Notes: generated from the letters alone by a model not told the origin. Shown: positions 46,747 through 57,006, counted from the first letter of the stretch. The stretch is 64,000 nucleotides of DNA from Pseudomonadota bacterium (GCA_043826925.1 JBDRPN010000002.1:23840-87839), one strand, 5' to 3'. Numbers and translations: made by a program.

Positions 46747-47138
46747 CGCGCGGCCTTGCCGGCCGCCATCCATGCCGTGCAGGCCAGCGGCGGCAGGCGC
46801 AGCCAGCCGGCGGCGGCGCACAGTGCGTCGCCGACGAGTGGCGCCCAGGCCAGGATCAGCAGCGGGGCGCCATGCCGGCGCAGGGCGTCCAGGCGATGGG
46901 TCGCCGTGGCGTCAGCGCCAACTCTTGCGGGCAGCAGGCGGGCCATGCCGTAGGTGCTCATGCCGCCCAGCGTATTGCCCAGCGTCGCCAGCAGCAGCGC
47001 CGCCAGCGTCTGTTCCGGATGCAGCCTGATCACGGCGAACAGCACGGCTTCAGAGCCCCCGGGCAACAGGGTCGCGGCAAGGAAGCTGGCGAGGAAAAGG
47101 CCGGCCAATCCGGCTTCGGCGGTGAATGCGAAGTCCAT
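46710..47138 (-). CDS. YqaA/DedA (VTT domain) membrane protein
   Basis: LFLASFLAATLLPGGSE, ATLGNTLGG, WAPLVGDALC, GKAARY. Confidence 0.85.
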   Translation of the reverse strand: MDFAFTAEAGLAGLFLASFLAATLLPGGSEAVLFAVIRLHPEQTLAALLLATLGNTLGGMSTYGMARLLPARVGADATATHRLDALRRHGAPLLILAWAPLVGDALCAAAGWLRLPPLACTAWMAAGKAARYALVAAGAGMV

Positions 47139-47184
47139 GGCGCATGTTACCCTTTGCGATTACCGAACCTTCTGCCCTCCTGTC

Positions 47185-48690
47185 ATGGATTACCTCGAAA
47201 GAATACTCAACGCCCGTGTTTATGATGTCGCAATAGAAACGCCGCTGGAGCCGGCCTCGATCCTCTCGGCGCGCATCGGCAACCGCGTGCTGCTGAAGCG
47301 CGAGGACATGCAACCGGTGTTCAGCTTCAAGCTGCGCGGCGCCTACAACAAGATCGTCCATCTGACGGCGGCGCAGCGCAAGCATGGCGTGATCTGCGCT
47401 TCGGCCGGCAACCATGCCCAGGGCGTGGCGCTGTCGGCGCAGAAGCTGGGGCTGCGCGCCGTGATCGTGATGCCGACGACGACGCCGCAGATCAAGATCG
47501 ATGCGGTGAAAAAGCTCGGCGGCGAGGTGGTGCTGGCCGGCGATTCCTTCGACGCCGCCTACACCCACGCACTGGAACTGGAGAAGAAGCAGAAACTCAA
47601 CTTCGTCCATCCCTTCGACGATCCCGACGTGATCGCCGGCCAGGGCACGATCGGCATGGAGATCCTGCGCCAGCATCCCGATCCGATCGACGCGGTGTTC
47701 TGCTGCGTCGGCGGCGGCGGCCTGATTTCCGGCGTGGCGGCCTACATCAAGCGCCTGCGGCCCGAGGTCAGGATCATCGGCGTCGAGGCGGCCGATGCCG
47801 ATGCCATGGCGCGCTCGCTGGCCGCGGGCAAGCGCGTGCGCCTGGAAAACGTCGGCCTGTTCGCCGACGGCGCGGCGGTCAAGTATGTCGGCGCCGAGAC
47901 CTTCCGCCTGTGCCGCGAATATGTCGATGAAATGGTGCTGGTCGATACGGACGCGATCTGCGCCGCAATCAAGGACGTGTTCGAGGATACGCGCTCGATC
48001 CTCGAACCGGCCGGCGCGCTGGCGGTGGCCGGCGCCAAGGCCTGGGCGCACAGGCATGGCATGCGCGGCAAGACGCTGGTGGCGGTGGCCTCCGGCGCCA
48101 ACATGAATTTCGACCGCCTGCGTTTCGTCGCCGAGCGCGCCGAAGTCGGCGAACAGCGCGAGGCGGTGCTGGCCGTGACGCTGCCGGAGACTCCGGGCGC
48201 CTACAAGAAATTCGTCGCCCTGATCGGCTCGCACAACATCACCGAATTCAATTACCGCTATCACGATGCGGCCGAGGCCCATGTCTTCGTCGGCATGCAG
48301 GTGGCCAACCGCAACGAGGCGACCAAGCTGGTCGCGCAACTGCAGAAGAACGGCTATCCGGCGCTGGACCTGACCGACGACGAAATGGCCAAGCTGCACA
48401 TCCGCCACCTGGTCGGCGGCCATGCCGCGCATGTCAAGAACGAACTGATCTACCGCTTCGAGTTTCCCGAACGTCCCGGGGCGCTGATGCACTTCCTCAA
48501 CAAGATGAGCGCCGGCTGGAACATCAGCCTGTTCCACTACCGCAACCACGGCGCCGACACCGGCCGCGTGCTGGTCGGCATGGAAGTGCCGCCGAAGGAG
48601 ATGAAGGACTTCCGCTTCTTCCTCAAGAATCTCGGCTATCGCTGCTGGGACGAATCGAAGAACCCCGCCTACCGCCTGTTTCTCGGCTAG
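47185..48690 (+). CDS. ilvA: Threonine ammonia-lyase, biosynthetic
   Basis: KREDMQPVFSFKLRGAYN, SAGNHAQG, HPFDDPDVIAGQGT, two ACT domains (FPERPGAL, HYRNHGA). Confidence 0.96.
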   Translation: MDYLERILNARVYDVAIETPLEPASILSARIGNRVLLKREDMQPVFSFKLRGAYNKIVHLTAAQRKHGVICASAGNHAQGVALSAQKLGLRAVIVMPTTTPQIKIDAVKKLGGEVVLAGDSFDAAYTHALELEKKQKLNFVHPFDDPDVIAGQGTIGMEILRQHPDPIDAVFCCVGGGGLISGVAAYIKRLRPEVRIIGVEAADADAMARSLAAGKRVRLENVGLFADGAAVKYVGAETFRLCREYVDEMVLVDTDAICAAIKDVFEDTRSILEPAGALAVAGAKAWAHRHGMRGKTLVAVASGANMNFDRLRFVAERAEVGEQREAVLAVTLPETPGAYKKFVALIGSHNITEFNYRYHDAAEAHVFVGMQVANRNEATKLVAQLQKNGYPALDLTDDEMAKLHIRHLVGGHAAHVKNELIYRFEFPERPGALMHFLNKMSAGWNISLFHYRNHGADTGRVLVGMEVPPKEMKDFRFFLKNLGYRCWDESKNPAYRLFLG

Positions 48691-48723
48691 CGCTGCGGAT
48701 TGCCACGTGCCGTACGTTTGCAC

Positions 48724-49875
48724 ATGAGCTTCGACTTCGACGCAATAGTGGACCGGTCCATCAGCGATTCGGTCAAATGGGCGAAGTACGCCGGGCGCGA
48801 CGTCATCCCGCTGTGGGTCGCCGACATGGATTTCGCCGCGCCGCCGGCGGTGATCGCGGCTCTGCACCGCCGCATCGACCACGGCGTGTTCGGCTACAAC
48901 CAGCCCACGGCGAGTCAGGTCGAGGCCGTGGCCGCCTACCTCGAACGCAAGTTTCATTGGCGCATCGATCCGGAATGGATCGTCTGGCTGCCGGGCCTGG
49001 TGTCGGGGCTCAATGTCGCCTGCCGCGCCGTCGGTGCGCCGGGCGATGCAGTGTTCACGGCGACGCCGATCTACCCGCCCTTCCTTTCGGCGCCGATCGA
49101 TTCCGGCCGGCGCGTGGCCAGTGCGCCGCTGGTGCGCGATTCGGCCGGCTGGCTGTGGGATTTCCCGGCGGTCGATGCCGTGCTGCGCAGCAGCCGGGCC
49201 AAGCTCTTCCTGCTGTGCCATCCGCACAACCCGACCGGGCGCGCCTGGCACGCGGACGAGCTGTGGCAGATCGCGGCGCTGGCCGAAAAGCACGATCTGG
49301 TGGTCTGTTCGGACGAAATCCACAACGGCCTGGTGCTGTCGCCGCAGCGCCAGCACCAACTCTTCGCCACGCTCTCGCCCGAGCTTGCGGCGCGCACCAT
49401 AACGCTCCTGGCGCCGTCCAAGACTTTCAACATTCCGGGACTGGGCTGCGCCTTCGCGATCATCTCCGACGCCGGCCTGCGCCAGGATTTTCGCCAGGCC
49501 ATGCACGGCATCGTGCCCCACGTCAATGCGCTGGGCATGGTCGCGACCGAGGCCGCGCTGACGCTCTGCGACGACTGGCATGCGGCCCTGCTCGACTATC
49601 TGCGCGGCAACCTGCGCCTGGTCGAGCGTGCCGTCGCCGCCCTGCCGGGCCTCGACATGCGGCCGGTCGAGGCGACCTACCTGGCCTGGGTCGATGCGCG
49701 CGAATTTGCCGCCGACCGCGGCATCGGCAATCCGGCGCGCTGGTTCGAGCAACACGGCCTGGGCCTGTCCGACGGCGCGGATTTCGGCGCGCCAGGTTTT
49801 GTCCGCCTGAATTTTGGCACCCACCGCGCCCTGTTGGAACAAGCGCTGGAGCGCCTGGCGCGGGCGACGCTGTAG
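48724..49875 (+). CDS. PatB/MalY-family PLP-dependent C-S lyase (cystathionine beta-lyase-like)
   Basis: PLWVADMDF, HGVFGY, HPHNPTGR, SDEIH, APSKTFNIPGL, FVRLNFG. Confidence 0.92.
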   Translation: MSFDFDAIVDRSISDSVKWAKYAGRDVIPLWVADMDFAAPPAVIAALHRRIDHGVFGYNQPTASQVEAVAAYLERKFHWRIDPEWIVWLPGLVSGLNVACRAVGAPGDAVFTATPIYPPFLSAPIDSGRRVASAPLVRDSAGWLWDFPAVDAVLRSSRAKLFLLCHPHNPTGRAWHADELWQIAALAEKHDLVVCSDEIHNGLVLSPQRQHQLFATLSPELAARTITLLAPSKTFNIPGLGCAFAIISDAGLRQDFRQAMHGIVPHVNALGMVATEAALTLCDDWHAALLDYLRGNLRLVERAVAALPGLDMRPVEATYLAWVDAREFAADRGIGNPARWFEQHGLGLSDGADFGAPGFVRLNFGTHRALLEQALERLARATL

Positions 49876-49925
49876 GGCCGGCTTCAGCCGGCCGGAGGTG
49901 GATGGCGGACTGAAGTCCGCCCTGC
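49872..49925. repeat. GTAG-family REP doublet, copy 2
   Basis: GTAGGGCCGGCTTCAGCCGGCC...GGCGGACTGAAGTCCGCCCTGC. Confidence 0.9.
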
Positions 49926-49945
49926 GGCCCGCCCGTGTCTTCGCT

Positions 49946-50545
49946 TCACGCGAAACGCAGGACGCCGGCCTCGGTGATGATCGCCGCGACGGGTATGTCG
50001 TGGGTCTGCGGCCGGATGTCGGCGACGCGGCCCAGTTCGTAGCCAATGCCGATTGCCAGCGGGCGGGGAACCAGTGCCGCCAGGGTGCGGTCGAAGTAAC
50101 CACCGCCGTAGCCGAGGCGGAAGCCTTGGGCGTCGAAGGCCAGCAGCGGCAGCAGGACGACATCGGGAACGAGATCGGGGCCGTCCTGCGGAATAGGGAT
50201 GTCGTAGCGGTCGACGCCCATCGCCGAAGCCGGGGTCCAGCCACGAAAGCGCATCGGCGCAGCGGTGTCGATCACGATTGGCATGGCGGCCTGCCAACCG
50301 CGGTCGATCAGGCGGGATGCCAGCGGTCGCGCGTCGAATTCGCCGCGCACCGGCGCGCAGAAGGCCAGCGTCTGTGGCGGCAGCGGCGCCAGCAGCATGG
50401 CGAGATGGGCCTCGATTCGTGCCGAGAATTCGGCGCGGGTTTTGTCGTCGAGGGCCATGCGGGCGGCGAGTTTCTCGCGCCGCAGGGCGGCGCGAGAAAC
50501 CGTGCAATCGGCGATGTGTTCGCCAGACGGAGAGTGGGCGGTCAT
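49946..50545 (-). CDS. ygfA: 5-formyltetrahydrofolate cyclo-ligase
   Basis: PDVVLLPLLAFDAQGFRLGYGGGYFDRTL, HDIPV. Confidence 0.92.
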   Translation of the reverse strand: MTAHSPSGEHIADCTVSRAALRREKLAARMALDDKTRAEFSARIEAHLAMLLAPLPPQTLAFCAPVRGEFDARPLASRLIDRGWQAAMPIVIDTAAPMRFRGWTPASAMGVDRYDIPIPQDGPDLVPDVVLLPLLAFDAQGFRLGYGGGYFDRTLAALVPRPLAIGIGYELGRVADIRPQTHDIPVAAIITEAGVLRFA

Positions 50546-50579
50546 GTGCTAACGTGGAGCAGTCGGAAAGTAACCCTGA

Positions 50580-52532
50580 ATGAACTATAAGCCCAAGTCT
50601 GCCCTGTCGGTATCGCGTATCGTCCTTGCTGCGTTCTCGCTCGCGGCCGCCGTGCTGTCGGCGCCGGTACTTGCCGAGCGCGGCGATGAGGCCCTGCTGG
50701 TGGCGCGCGACGCCTTTCGCGACGGCGAGCGGGTTCGGCTCGGGCGCCAGTTGCAGACGCTGCAAGGCCATCCGCTGCAACCCTGGGCCGAATACTGGGC
50801 CTTGCGCCTGCGCCTCGACGACGGCGATGCCGACGGCGTGGCGGATTTCCTGACGCGCCATGCCGGCAGCTACCTGGCCGAGAAACTGCGCGGCGACTGG
50901 CTGCGGGTGCTGGGCAAGGCGGGCGACTGGGAGAAATTCCGGCGCGAGCTGCCGGCGCTGGTCCTGCCCGATGCCGAAGTAAGCTGCTACGCCGCGCAGG
51001 CCGCAGGCAACGCCGACATGGTGCGCCCGCTGTGGAACAGCGGCCAGGATCTGCCTCAAGCTTGCGAGGCCGTGGTCGATCAGTTGGTTGCCGACGGCGG
51101 CCTGACGGTGGAGGAAGTCTGGCAGCGCGTGCGTCGCCTGTTCGAGGCCAAGCGGGTCGGCGCCGCACGCAGCGCGGCGGCTTATCTGCCCGCGGTCGAG
51201 GGCTTCGACGGGCGCGGCCTCGAAGCCATTGCGCAAAGGCCGACGCGCCATCTCGACAAGCTGCCGGCCGGCTTTGCCGCCAGGCGCGGTAGCCGCGAAG
51301 TGGCGCTGTTCGCCATACAGCGCGTGGCACGCAACGATCCTCAGGATGCGGCGGTGCGGCTGGCCCGCATCGAAACGCGGTTCGGCGACGAAGAGCGCGC
51401 CTATGCCTGGGGCCAGGTGGCCTGGCAGGCCGCGCTGCGCCACCAGCCCGAGGCCCTGGCCTGGTATGAAAAAGCCGCCGGCACCGCGCTTTCCGAGGAA
51501 CAACAGGCTTGGCGTGTGCGCGCCGCGCTGCGCGCACACGACTGGAGCGCAGTCCGGCGTGCGATTACGGCGATGCCGCCGCCGCTCGCCGCCCAGCCGG
51601 AATGGACGTATTGGCAGGGCCGTGCCCTGGCAGCCGGCAACCAGCTCGACGCCGCGCGCCTGAACTACCTCAAAATCGGCGGCCAGCCGAATTTCTACGG
51701 CAACCTGGCCGACGAGGAGCTCGGCCGCGCGATCGACGTGCCGCCCCATGCACGGGCTCCCAGTACCGAGGAACTGGCCATCGCCGCAGCCAATCCGGGT
51801 CTGCAGCGCGCGCTGGCGCTGTTCCGCCTCGACATGCGCGTCGAAGGCGTGCGCGAATGGGTCTGGGCGCTGCGCGGCATGGACGACCGGGCCCTGCTCG
51901 CGGCGGCCGAATTCGCCAAGGGCAACGAGATCTGGGACCGCGCCATCAACACTGCCGACCGCACGCGGGCGCAGCACAATTTCAGCCTGCGCTACATCGC
52001 GCCCTTCAGCGATCGCGTGCTGCCCAAGGCTGACGAACTGGCGCTCGACAACGGCTGGGTGTACGGCCTGATGCGGCAGGAATCGCGCTTCGTGATGAAC
52101 GCCAAATCCTCGGCCGGCGCCAAGGGCCTCATGCAGTTGATGCCGGCCACCGCGAAATGGGTGGCGAAGAAAATCAAGCTGGGCAATTTCCATCCGCGGC
52201 GAGTTGCCGAAATGGAGACCAATGTCACGCTCGGCACCCATTACCTGAAAATGGTCCTGGACTCGCTCGACAACCATCCAGTGCTGGCCTCCGCCGCCTA
52301 CAACGCCGGCCCCGGCCGCGCCCGCCGCTGGCGCGCCGAGCAGCCCATGGAAGGCGCGATCTATGCCGAGACCATACCCTTTGCGGAAACCCGCGATTAC
52401 GTGAAAAAGGTCATGAGCAACGCGGTGTATTACAACACCCTGTTTTCCGGCCATCCGCAGTCGCTGAAAGCCAGCCTGGGCGTGATCGGCGCGCGCGGAC
52501 AGGGCGAAATCGGCGTGGAGCAACTGCCGTGA
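50580..52532 (+). CDS. slt: Soluble lytic murein transglycosylase (Slt70-like)
   Basis: Signal peptide, superhelical region, LMRQESRF, AKGLMQLMP, AYNAGPGR, ETRDYVKKV. Confidence 0.93.
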   Translation: MNYKPKSALSVSRIVLAAFSLAAAVLSAPVLAERGDEALLVARDAFRDGERVRLGRQLQTLQGHPLQPWAEYWALRLRLDDGDADGVADFLTRHAGSYLAEKLRGDWLRVLGKAGDWEKFRRELPALVLPDAEVSCYAAQAAGNADMVRPLWNSGQDLPQACEAVVDQLVADGGLTVEEVWQRVRRLFEAKRVGAARSAAAYLPAVEGFDGRGLEAIAQRPTRHLDKLPAGFAARRGSREVALFAIQRVARNDPQDAAVRLARIETRFGDEERAYAWGQVAWQAALRHQPEALAWYEKAAGTALSEEQQAWRVRAALRAHDWSAVRRAITAMPPPLAAQPEWTYWQGRALAAGNQLDAARLNYLKIGGQPNFYGNLADEELGRAIDVPPHARAPSTEELAIAAANPGLQRALALFRLDMRVEGVREWVWALRGMDDRALLAAAEFAKGNEIWDRAINTADRTRAQHNFSLRYIAPFSDRVLPKADELALDNGWVYGLMRQESRFVMNAKSSAGAKGLMQLMPATAKWVAKKIKLGNFHPRRVAEMETNVTLGTHYLKMVLDSLDNHPVLASAAYNAGPGRARRWRAEQPMEGAIYAETIPFAETRDYVKKVMSNAVYYNTLFSGHPQSLKASLGVIGARGQGEIGVEQLP

Positions 52533-53548
52533 GCAACATCTTGCTGATCGGCGGCACGGGCTTCCTGGGCAGTGCGGTGGTGCGCGAACTGGCGCGCCGT
52601 CCCGCCAGCGCCAACTTTCAATTCAAGCTGCCGACGCGGCGGCGCGACAAGGCCAAGCATCTGCTGGTCCTGCCGACCGCCGATGTGGTCGATGCCGATG
52701 TGCATGACCCGGCCACGCTGGCGCGGCTGATGCAGGGTCAGGACGCGGTGGTCAGCCTGGTCGGCATCCTCAAGGGCGGCGAACCGGGGCGCCTTTCCCC
52801 CGGCCCCCTTCCCGGGGAAGGGGGTGACGATGGTTCGCCGCGTGGCGGCTCCGGGAATGTGGCTGGCCCGGCCTTGGGACGGCCCGGCGACCGGGCACCG
52901 TATGGCCCCGGCTTTGCCCGCGCCCACGTCGAACTGCCGCGGAAGATCGTCGCCGCAGCGAAGGCGGCCGGCGTGCGCCGGGTGCTGCACGTCTCGGCGC
53001 TGCAAGCCGCCGCCGATGCGCCTTCCGGCTACCTGCGCTCCAAGGCCGCGGGAGAGACGGTGTTGCGCGAAGCCGGCCTGGACCTGACGATCTTCCGGCC
53101 CTCGGTGATCTTCGGGCCGGGCGACGCCTTCCTCAATCTGTTCGCGCGCATGGCCAGGATCGCGCCGTTTTTCCCGCTCGCCGGCGCCGACGCGCGTTTC
53201 CAGCCGGTCTGGGTGGAGGACGTCGCCAACACGATCGCCGACAGCCTGCAGCGCGCCGAGAGCATAGGCGCCAGCTACGATCTGTGCGGCCCGCGGCAAT
53301 ACAGCCTGCGCCAACTGGTCAGGTATGCGGCCGCGGCCGGCGGCCATCCGCGGTTCGTGATCGGCCTGCCACAGGCCGTCGCCTGGCTGCAGGCCTGGGC
53401 CATGGAGTTCATCCCCAACGGCCCGATGACGCGCGACAACATCCGTTCCATGCGCGTCGCCAGCGTCTGCGACAGCGGCTGCAGCCTGCCTTTCGGCCGT
53501 GTCGCGACGCCGCTCGAACTCGTCGCGCCGACGTATTTGCGTGGCTGA
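52529..53548 (+). CDS. NAD-dependent epimerase/dehydratase (NDUFA9-like) with internal insertion
   Basis: GGTGFLG Rossmann motif, [33 protein letters not shown]; GTG overlaps the slt stop. Confidence 0.9.
   Translation: MSNILLIGGTGFLGSAVVRELARRPASANFQFKLPTRRRDKAKHLLVLPTADVVDADVHDPATLARLMQGQDAVVSLVGILKGGEPGRLSPGPLPGEGGDDGSPRGGSGNVAGPALGRPGDRAPYGPGFARAHVELPRKIVAAAKAAGVRRVLHVSALQAAADAPSGYLRSKAAGETVLREAGLDLTIFRPSVIFGPGDAFLNLFARMARIAPFFPLAGADARFQPVWVEDVANTIADSLQRAESIGASYDLCGPRQYSLRQLVRYAAAAGGHPRFVIGLPQAVAWLQAWAMEFIPNGPMTRDNIRSMRVASVCDSGCSLPFGRVATPLELVAPTYLRG
52790..52890 (+). repeat. About 100-bp palindromic element in frame inside the epimerase CDS
   Basis: Hairpin cccccttcc/ggaaggggg (52804-52824) then gccttgggacggcccggcg; collinear with the reverse complement of 55911-56011. 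Confidence 0.75.
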
Positions 53549-53561
53549 CGGCACTCCGCCC

Positions 53562-54806
53562 ATGAAGACCTACGCCGTGGGCGGCGCGGTGCGCGACGAA
53601 CTGCTCGGCCTGCCGGTCAAGGACCGCGACTGGGTGGTGGTCGGCGCCACCCCGCAGGACATGCTGGCGCAGGGTTTTCTCGCCGTCGGCCGCGATTTTC
53701 CGGTTTTCCTCCATCCGCAGACGCACGAGGAATATGCGCTGGCGCGCACCGAGCGCAAGACCGGACCGGGCTACACCGGCTTTGCCTTCCACGCCGCGCC
53801 GGGCGTGACGCTGGAGCAGGACCTGATCCGGCGCGACCTGACCATCAACGCCATCGCCAGGGACGAGGCCGGCGCCATCATCGATCCGCATGACGGCCGC
53901 GCCGACCTCGCCGCGCGCATCCTGCGCCACGTCTCGCCGGCCTTTGCCGAAGACCCGGTGCGCATCCTGCGCGTGGCGCGCTTCGCCGCGCGCTTTGCCG
54001 ATTTCAGCATCGCCGCGGAAACCATGACGCTGATGCGCGGCATGGTCGCTGCGGGCGAAGTCGATGCGCTGGTGCCCGAACGGGTCTGGCAGGAACTCGC
54101 GCGCGGCCAGATGGAAGCGCGGCCCTCGCGCATGTTCGAGGTGCTGCGCGAATGCGGGGCGCTGGTCCGCCTGCTGCCCGAACTCGATGCGCTGTGGGGC
54201 GTGCCGCAGCGTGCCGACTACCATCCCGAAATCGACACCGGCGTGCATGTGATGATGGTGATCGACATGGCGGCCCGGCTCGGCGCCGCCTTGCCGGCGC
54301 GCTTCGCGGCCCTGACCCACGACCTGGGCAAGGGGCTGACGCCAGCCGAGATCCTGCCGCGGCATTACGGCCATGAAGCGAAAAGCGTGGCGCTGCTCGA
54401 AGGAATCTGCGAACGCCTGCGCGTGCCGGCGGAATGCCGCGAAGTGGCGCGCCTGGCGGCGCGTTTTCATGGCGACATGCACCGCGTCGCCGAGTTGCGC
54501 CCCGAAACCCGCCTGACCGTGCTCGAACGCTGCGATGCCTTGCGCCGGCCGGAGCGCTTCGAGCTGATCCTGCTCGCCTGCGAGGCCGATTATCGCGGCC
54601 GGCTGGGTTGGGAAGAACGCGATTACGCGCCGGCCGCCGCCTGGCGCGCCGGACTGGGCGCCGTGCGCGGCGTCGATGCGGGGGCGATCGCGCGGGCGAC
54701 GACTGCCCGCGCCGGTCGGGCCGATCCGCAGGCCATCGCCCGCGACGTCAGCGCGGCGCGTGTCGAGGTCTTGCGGGAACTCAAGGCTAAAGCAGCCAGC
54801 CGATAA
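53562..54806 (+). CDS. cca: Multifunctional CCA tRNA nucleotidyltransferase with HD domain
   Basis: [50 protein letters not shown]. Confidence 0.96.
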   Translation: MKTYAVGGAVRDELLGLPVKDRDWVVVGATPQDMLAQGFLAVGRDFPVFLHPQTHEEYALARTERKTGPGYTGFAFHAAPGVTLEQDLIRRDLTINAIARDEAGAIIDPHDGRADLAARILRHVSPAFAEDPVRILRVARFAARFADFSIAAETMTLMRGMVAAGEVDALVPERVWQELARGQMEARPSRMFEVLRECGALVRLLPELDALWGVPQRADYHPEIDTGVHVMMVIDMAARLGAALPARFAALTHDLGKGLTPAEILPRHYGHEAKSVALLEGICERLRVPAECREVARLAARFHGDMHRVAELRPETRLTVLERCDALRRPERFELILLACEADYRGRLGWEERDYAPAAAWRAGLGAVRGVDAGAIARATTARAGRADPQAIARDVSAARVEVLRELKAKAASR

Positions 54807-54975
54807 AGGCGGCGACCAGCGAAAACACGATCACCGAGGCGAAGGGGAAGGAATACTCCCTGCCGCGCAGCCGAAAGCGCAAATCGCCCGGCAGCCGGCC
54901 CAACTGCGGCAGGCGCTGTTGCATCAGGCCGATCACGAAAACCGTGGCGACCAGGACAATCAGCCATTTCAGCAT
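54787..54975 (-). CDS. Small membrane protein, DUF2905-like
   Basis: [10 protein letters not shown]...[13 protein letters not shown]. Confidence 0.75.
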   Translation of the reverse strand: MLKWLIVLVATVFVIGLMQQRLPQLGRLPGDLRFRLRGREYSFPFASVIVFSLVAAFIGWLL

Positions 54976-55103
54976 GGGGGGCGCGCGGTAGAATTCATGG
55001 AAACCCGATCTTATCCCAGCAGAGGATACCGTCCGCCGACATGACTGTCGCCGGACATGCCGGAGCCCCGCATAATGATGCCGTCCCCCAACGTTTCCAG
55101 CCG

Positions 55104-56366
55104 ATGAATCCACCCCGTTTCGCGCAACACGAAGTCCTGGTCCGCACCCCTGCCGTCCCGGCGCAGCCGACACCGCTGTTGTTCATCCACGGCGCCTATA
55201 CCGCCGCCTGGTGCTGGGAGGAGCATTTCCTGCCCTTTTTTGCCGAAGCCGGCTACGCCGCTTATGCCGTGAGCCTGTCCGGCCACGGCAGCTCGCCGGG
55301 GCGCAAGCATCTCGACAGCTTTTCGATCGCCGACTATGTGCGCGACGTGGAGACCGTGGTCGCCGAACTGCCGGCCCCGCCGGTGCTGATCGGGCATTCG
55401 ATGGGCGGCTTCGTGGTGCAGAAATATCTCGAAGACCATCAGGCGCCCGGCGCGGTGCTGATGTGCGCGGTGCCGCCGCAGGGCCTGATGTCGGCCGCGA
55501 TGGGCATGATGTTTTCCAAGCCGGGCATGATGCAGGACTTGAACAGCCTGTTGAGCGGTGGCAAGGCCTCGCTGGAAACCCTGCGCGAGGCCCTGTTCGC
55601 CCAGCCGGTGTCGCTCGACGACCTGAAGCGCTTTTACAAGGGCTCGCAATCCGAATCGCATCGCGCGATCTGGGACATGTCGCTGTTCAGCATGCCGCGC
55701 ACCGGGCGCGTCAAGCGTACGCCGCTCCTGGTCCAGGGCGCGGAATTCGACCACCTGATCGCGGCTTCGCTGGTGGAAATGACTGCGCGCTCCTACGACG
55801 TCGATGCCCATATCTTTTCCGGCATGGGCCACGGCCTGATGCTGGAGCGCGACTGGAAAAAGCCGGCGCAGCAGCGTCTCGACTGGCTCAAGGAGATTGA
55901 CGCATGCGCGCTGCCGCAGCGCCGCCCCAAGGCGGCGCAAGCCAAATCCAGAGCCGGCGCAGCCGGCGAATCACAGCCACTCCCGCTCCTGGAGCGGGGG
56001 CGGGGGGAGAGCACTAATGATCGTCACTTTTCAATCCCCCGCATCCGGCGACGTCATCATGTTCGGCGATGTCGCGCAGCGCATGATGAGAATCATGGGC
56101 AAGGAGGCCAGCGACAAGGGCATCGTCACCGTCGAGCAACTGCCCGACGCGATCGCCCGGCTCAAGGCCGCGATCGAGGAAGACAAGCAGCAGCGCGCCG
56201 GCCTGCAGGAAGAAGACCTGCCGCGCACCGAACCCGACCACAGCGGCCACGCCCAGAGTTCACGGCCCTACGTCACCCTGACCCAGCGCGCCGTGCCGCT
56301 GCTGGAACTGCTGGAGTGGTCGCTGAAGAAGCAGAAGCCGGTGGTCTGGGGCGTCTGATTCTGTAG
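55104..56366 (+). CDS. Alpha/beta hydrolase (domain ends near 55900); ORF reads through to 56366 with no earlier stop
   Basis: LFIHGAYTAAWCW, GHSMGG nucleophile, FDHLI, GMGHGLML; the region after WLKEI is repeat-derived, then overlaps DUF1840 out of frame. Confidence 0.75.
   Translation: MNPPRFAQHEVLVRTPAVPAQPTPLLFIHGAYTAAWCWEEHFLPFFAEAGYAAYAVSLSGHGSSPGRKHLDSFSIADYVRDVETVVAELPAPPVLIGHSMGGFVVQKYLEDHQAPGAVLMCAVPPQGLMSAAMGMMFSKPGMMQDLNSLLSGGKASLETLREALFAQPVSLDDLKRFYKGSQSESHRAIWDMSLFSMPRTGRVKRTPLLVQGAEFDHLIAASLVEMTARSYDVDAHIFSGMGHGLMLERDWKKPAQQRLDWLKEIDACALPQRRPKAAQAKSRAGAAGESQPLPLLERGRGESTNDRHFSIPRIRRRHHVRRCRAAHDENHGQGGQRQGHRHRRATARRDRPAQGRDRGRQAAARRPAGRRPAAHRTRPQRPRPEFTALRHPDPARRAAAGTAGVVAEEAEAGGLGRLIL
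55911..56011 (-). repeat. About 100-bp palindromic element, same family as 52790-52890
   Basis: Reverse complement ctctccccccgcccccgctccaggagcggg...ttcgccg...tggct...gccttggggcggc aligns collinearly with the epimerase insert. Confidence 0.75.
56017..56358 (+). CDS. DUF1840-like protein
   Basis: MIVTFQSPASGDVIMFGDVA...LPDAIARL...VTLTQRAVPLLELL...VVWGV. Confidence 0.82.
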   Translation: MIVTFQSPASGDVIMFGDVAQRMMRIMGKEASDKGIVTVEQLPDAIARLKAAIEEDKQQRAGLQEEDLPRTEPDHSGHAQSSRPYVTLTQRAVPLLELLEWSLKKQKPVVWGV

Positions 56367-56407
56367 GGCCGACTTCAGCGTGGATGGCGGACTGAAGTTC
56401 GCCCTAC
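56363..56407. repeat. GTAG-family REP doublet, copy 3 (shortened)
   Basis: GTAGGGCCGACTTCAG-CGTGGATGGCGGA-CTGAAGTTCGCCCTAC. Confidence 0.9.
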
Positions 56408-56439
56408 GTCGGCCTTACAAGTCCGCCTGGCGCCCGGAT

Positions 56440-57006
56440 TTACTCCTTGACGGCTTCGACGGCGATGCTGAGGCTGACTTCGTCGCTGACGTAGGGCACG
56501 TTCTTGCTCATGTTGAAGTCCGAACGCTTGACCTTGGTCACGGCGTTGGCACCGATCGCGTCCTTCTTCAGCATCGGATGCGGCATCGAATGGAAATTGG
56601 TCACGGTCAGGGTCACCGGCTTGGTCACGCCTTTGATGGTCAGGTTGCCGTCGATGGCCACCGGCTTGTCGCCGTCGAACTTCACGCTGGTCGATTTGAA
56701 GCTGATGTTCGGGTATTTCTCGGTATGGAAGAAGTCCTCGCCCTGGATGTGGCCGTTGAACAGTGCGAAGCCGGTGTTGACCGACTTGGCATCGATGGTC
56801 ACATCCACCGATCCGGTCCTGGCTGCGCGATCGAGCACGATCTTGCCGCTGGTCTTGTCGAAGCGGTGCTGCTGGAAGGAGTAGCCGAGATGGTTGTACT
56901 CGAAGCGCGGCAGGGTATGGCCGGCGTCGATGTTGAAGGTTTCGGGAGCGGCGAGGGCGGCGGCAGACAGGCTGGCAAGGGTGACTACGAGGGCGAGTTT
57001 CTTCAT
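56440..57006 (-). CDS. yceI: YceI-family polyisoprenoid-binding periplasmic protein
   Basis: Signal peptide, IDAGHT..FEYNHLG, DFFHTEKYPNISF, LTIKGVTKPV, KRSDF. Confidence 0.9.
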   Translation of the reverse strand: MKKLALVVTLASLSAAALAAPETFNIDAGHTLPRFEYNHLGYSFQQHRFDKTSGKIVLDRAARTGSVDVTIDAKSVNTGFALFNGHIQGEDFFHTEKYPNISFKSTSVKFDGDKPVAIDGNLTIKGVTKPVTLTVTNFHSMPHPMLKKDAIGANAVTKVKRSDFNMSKNVPYVSDEVSLSIAVEAVKE

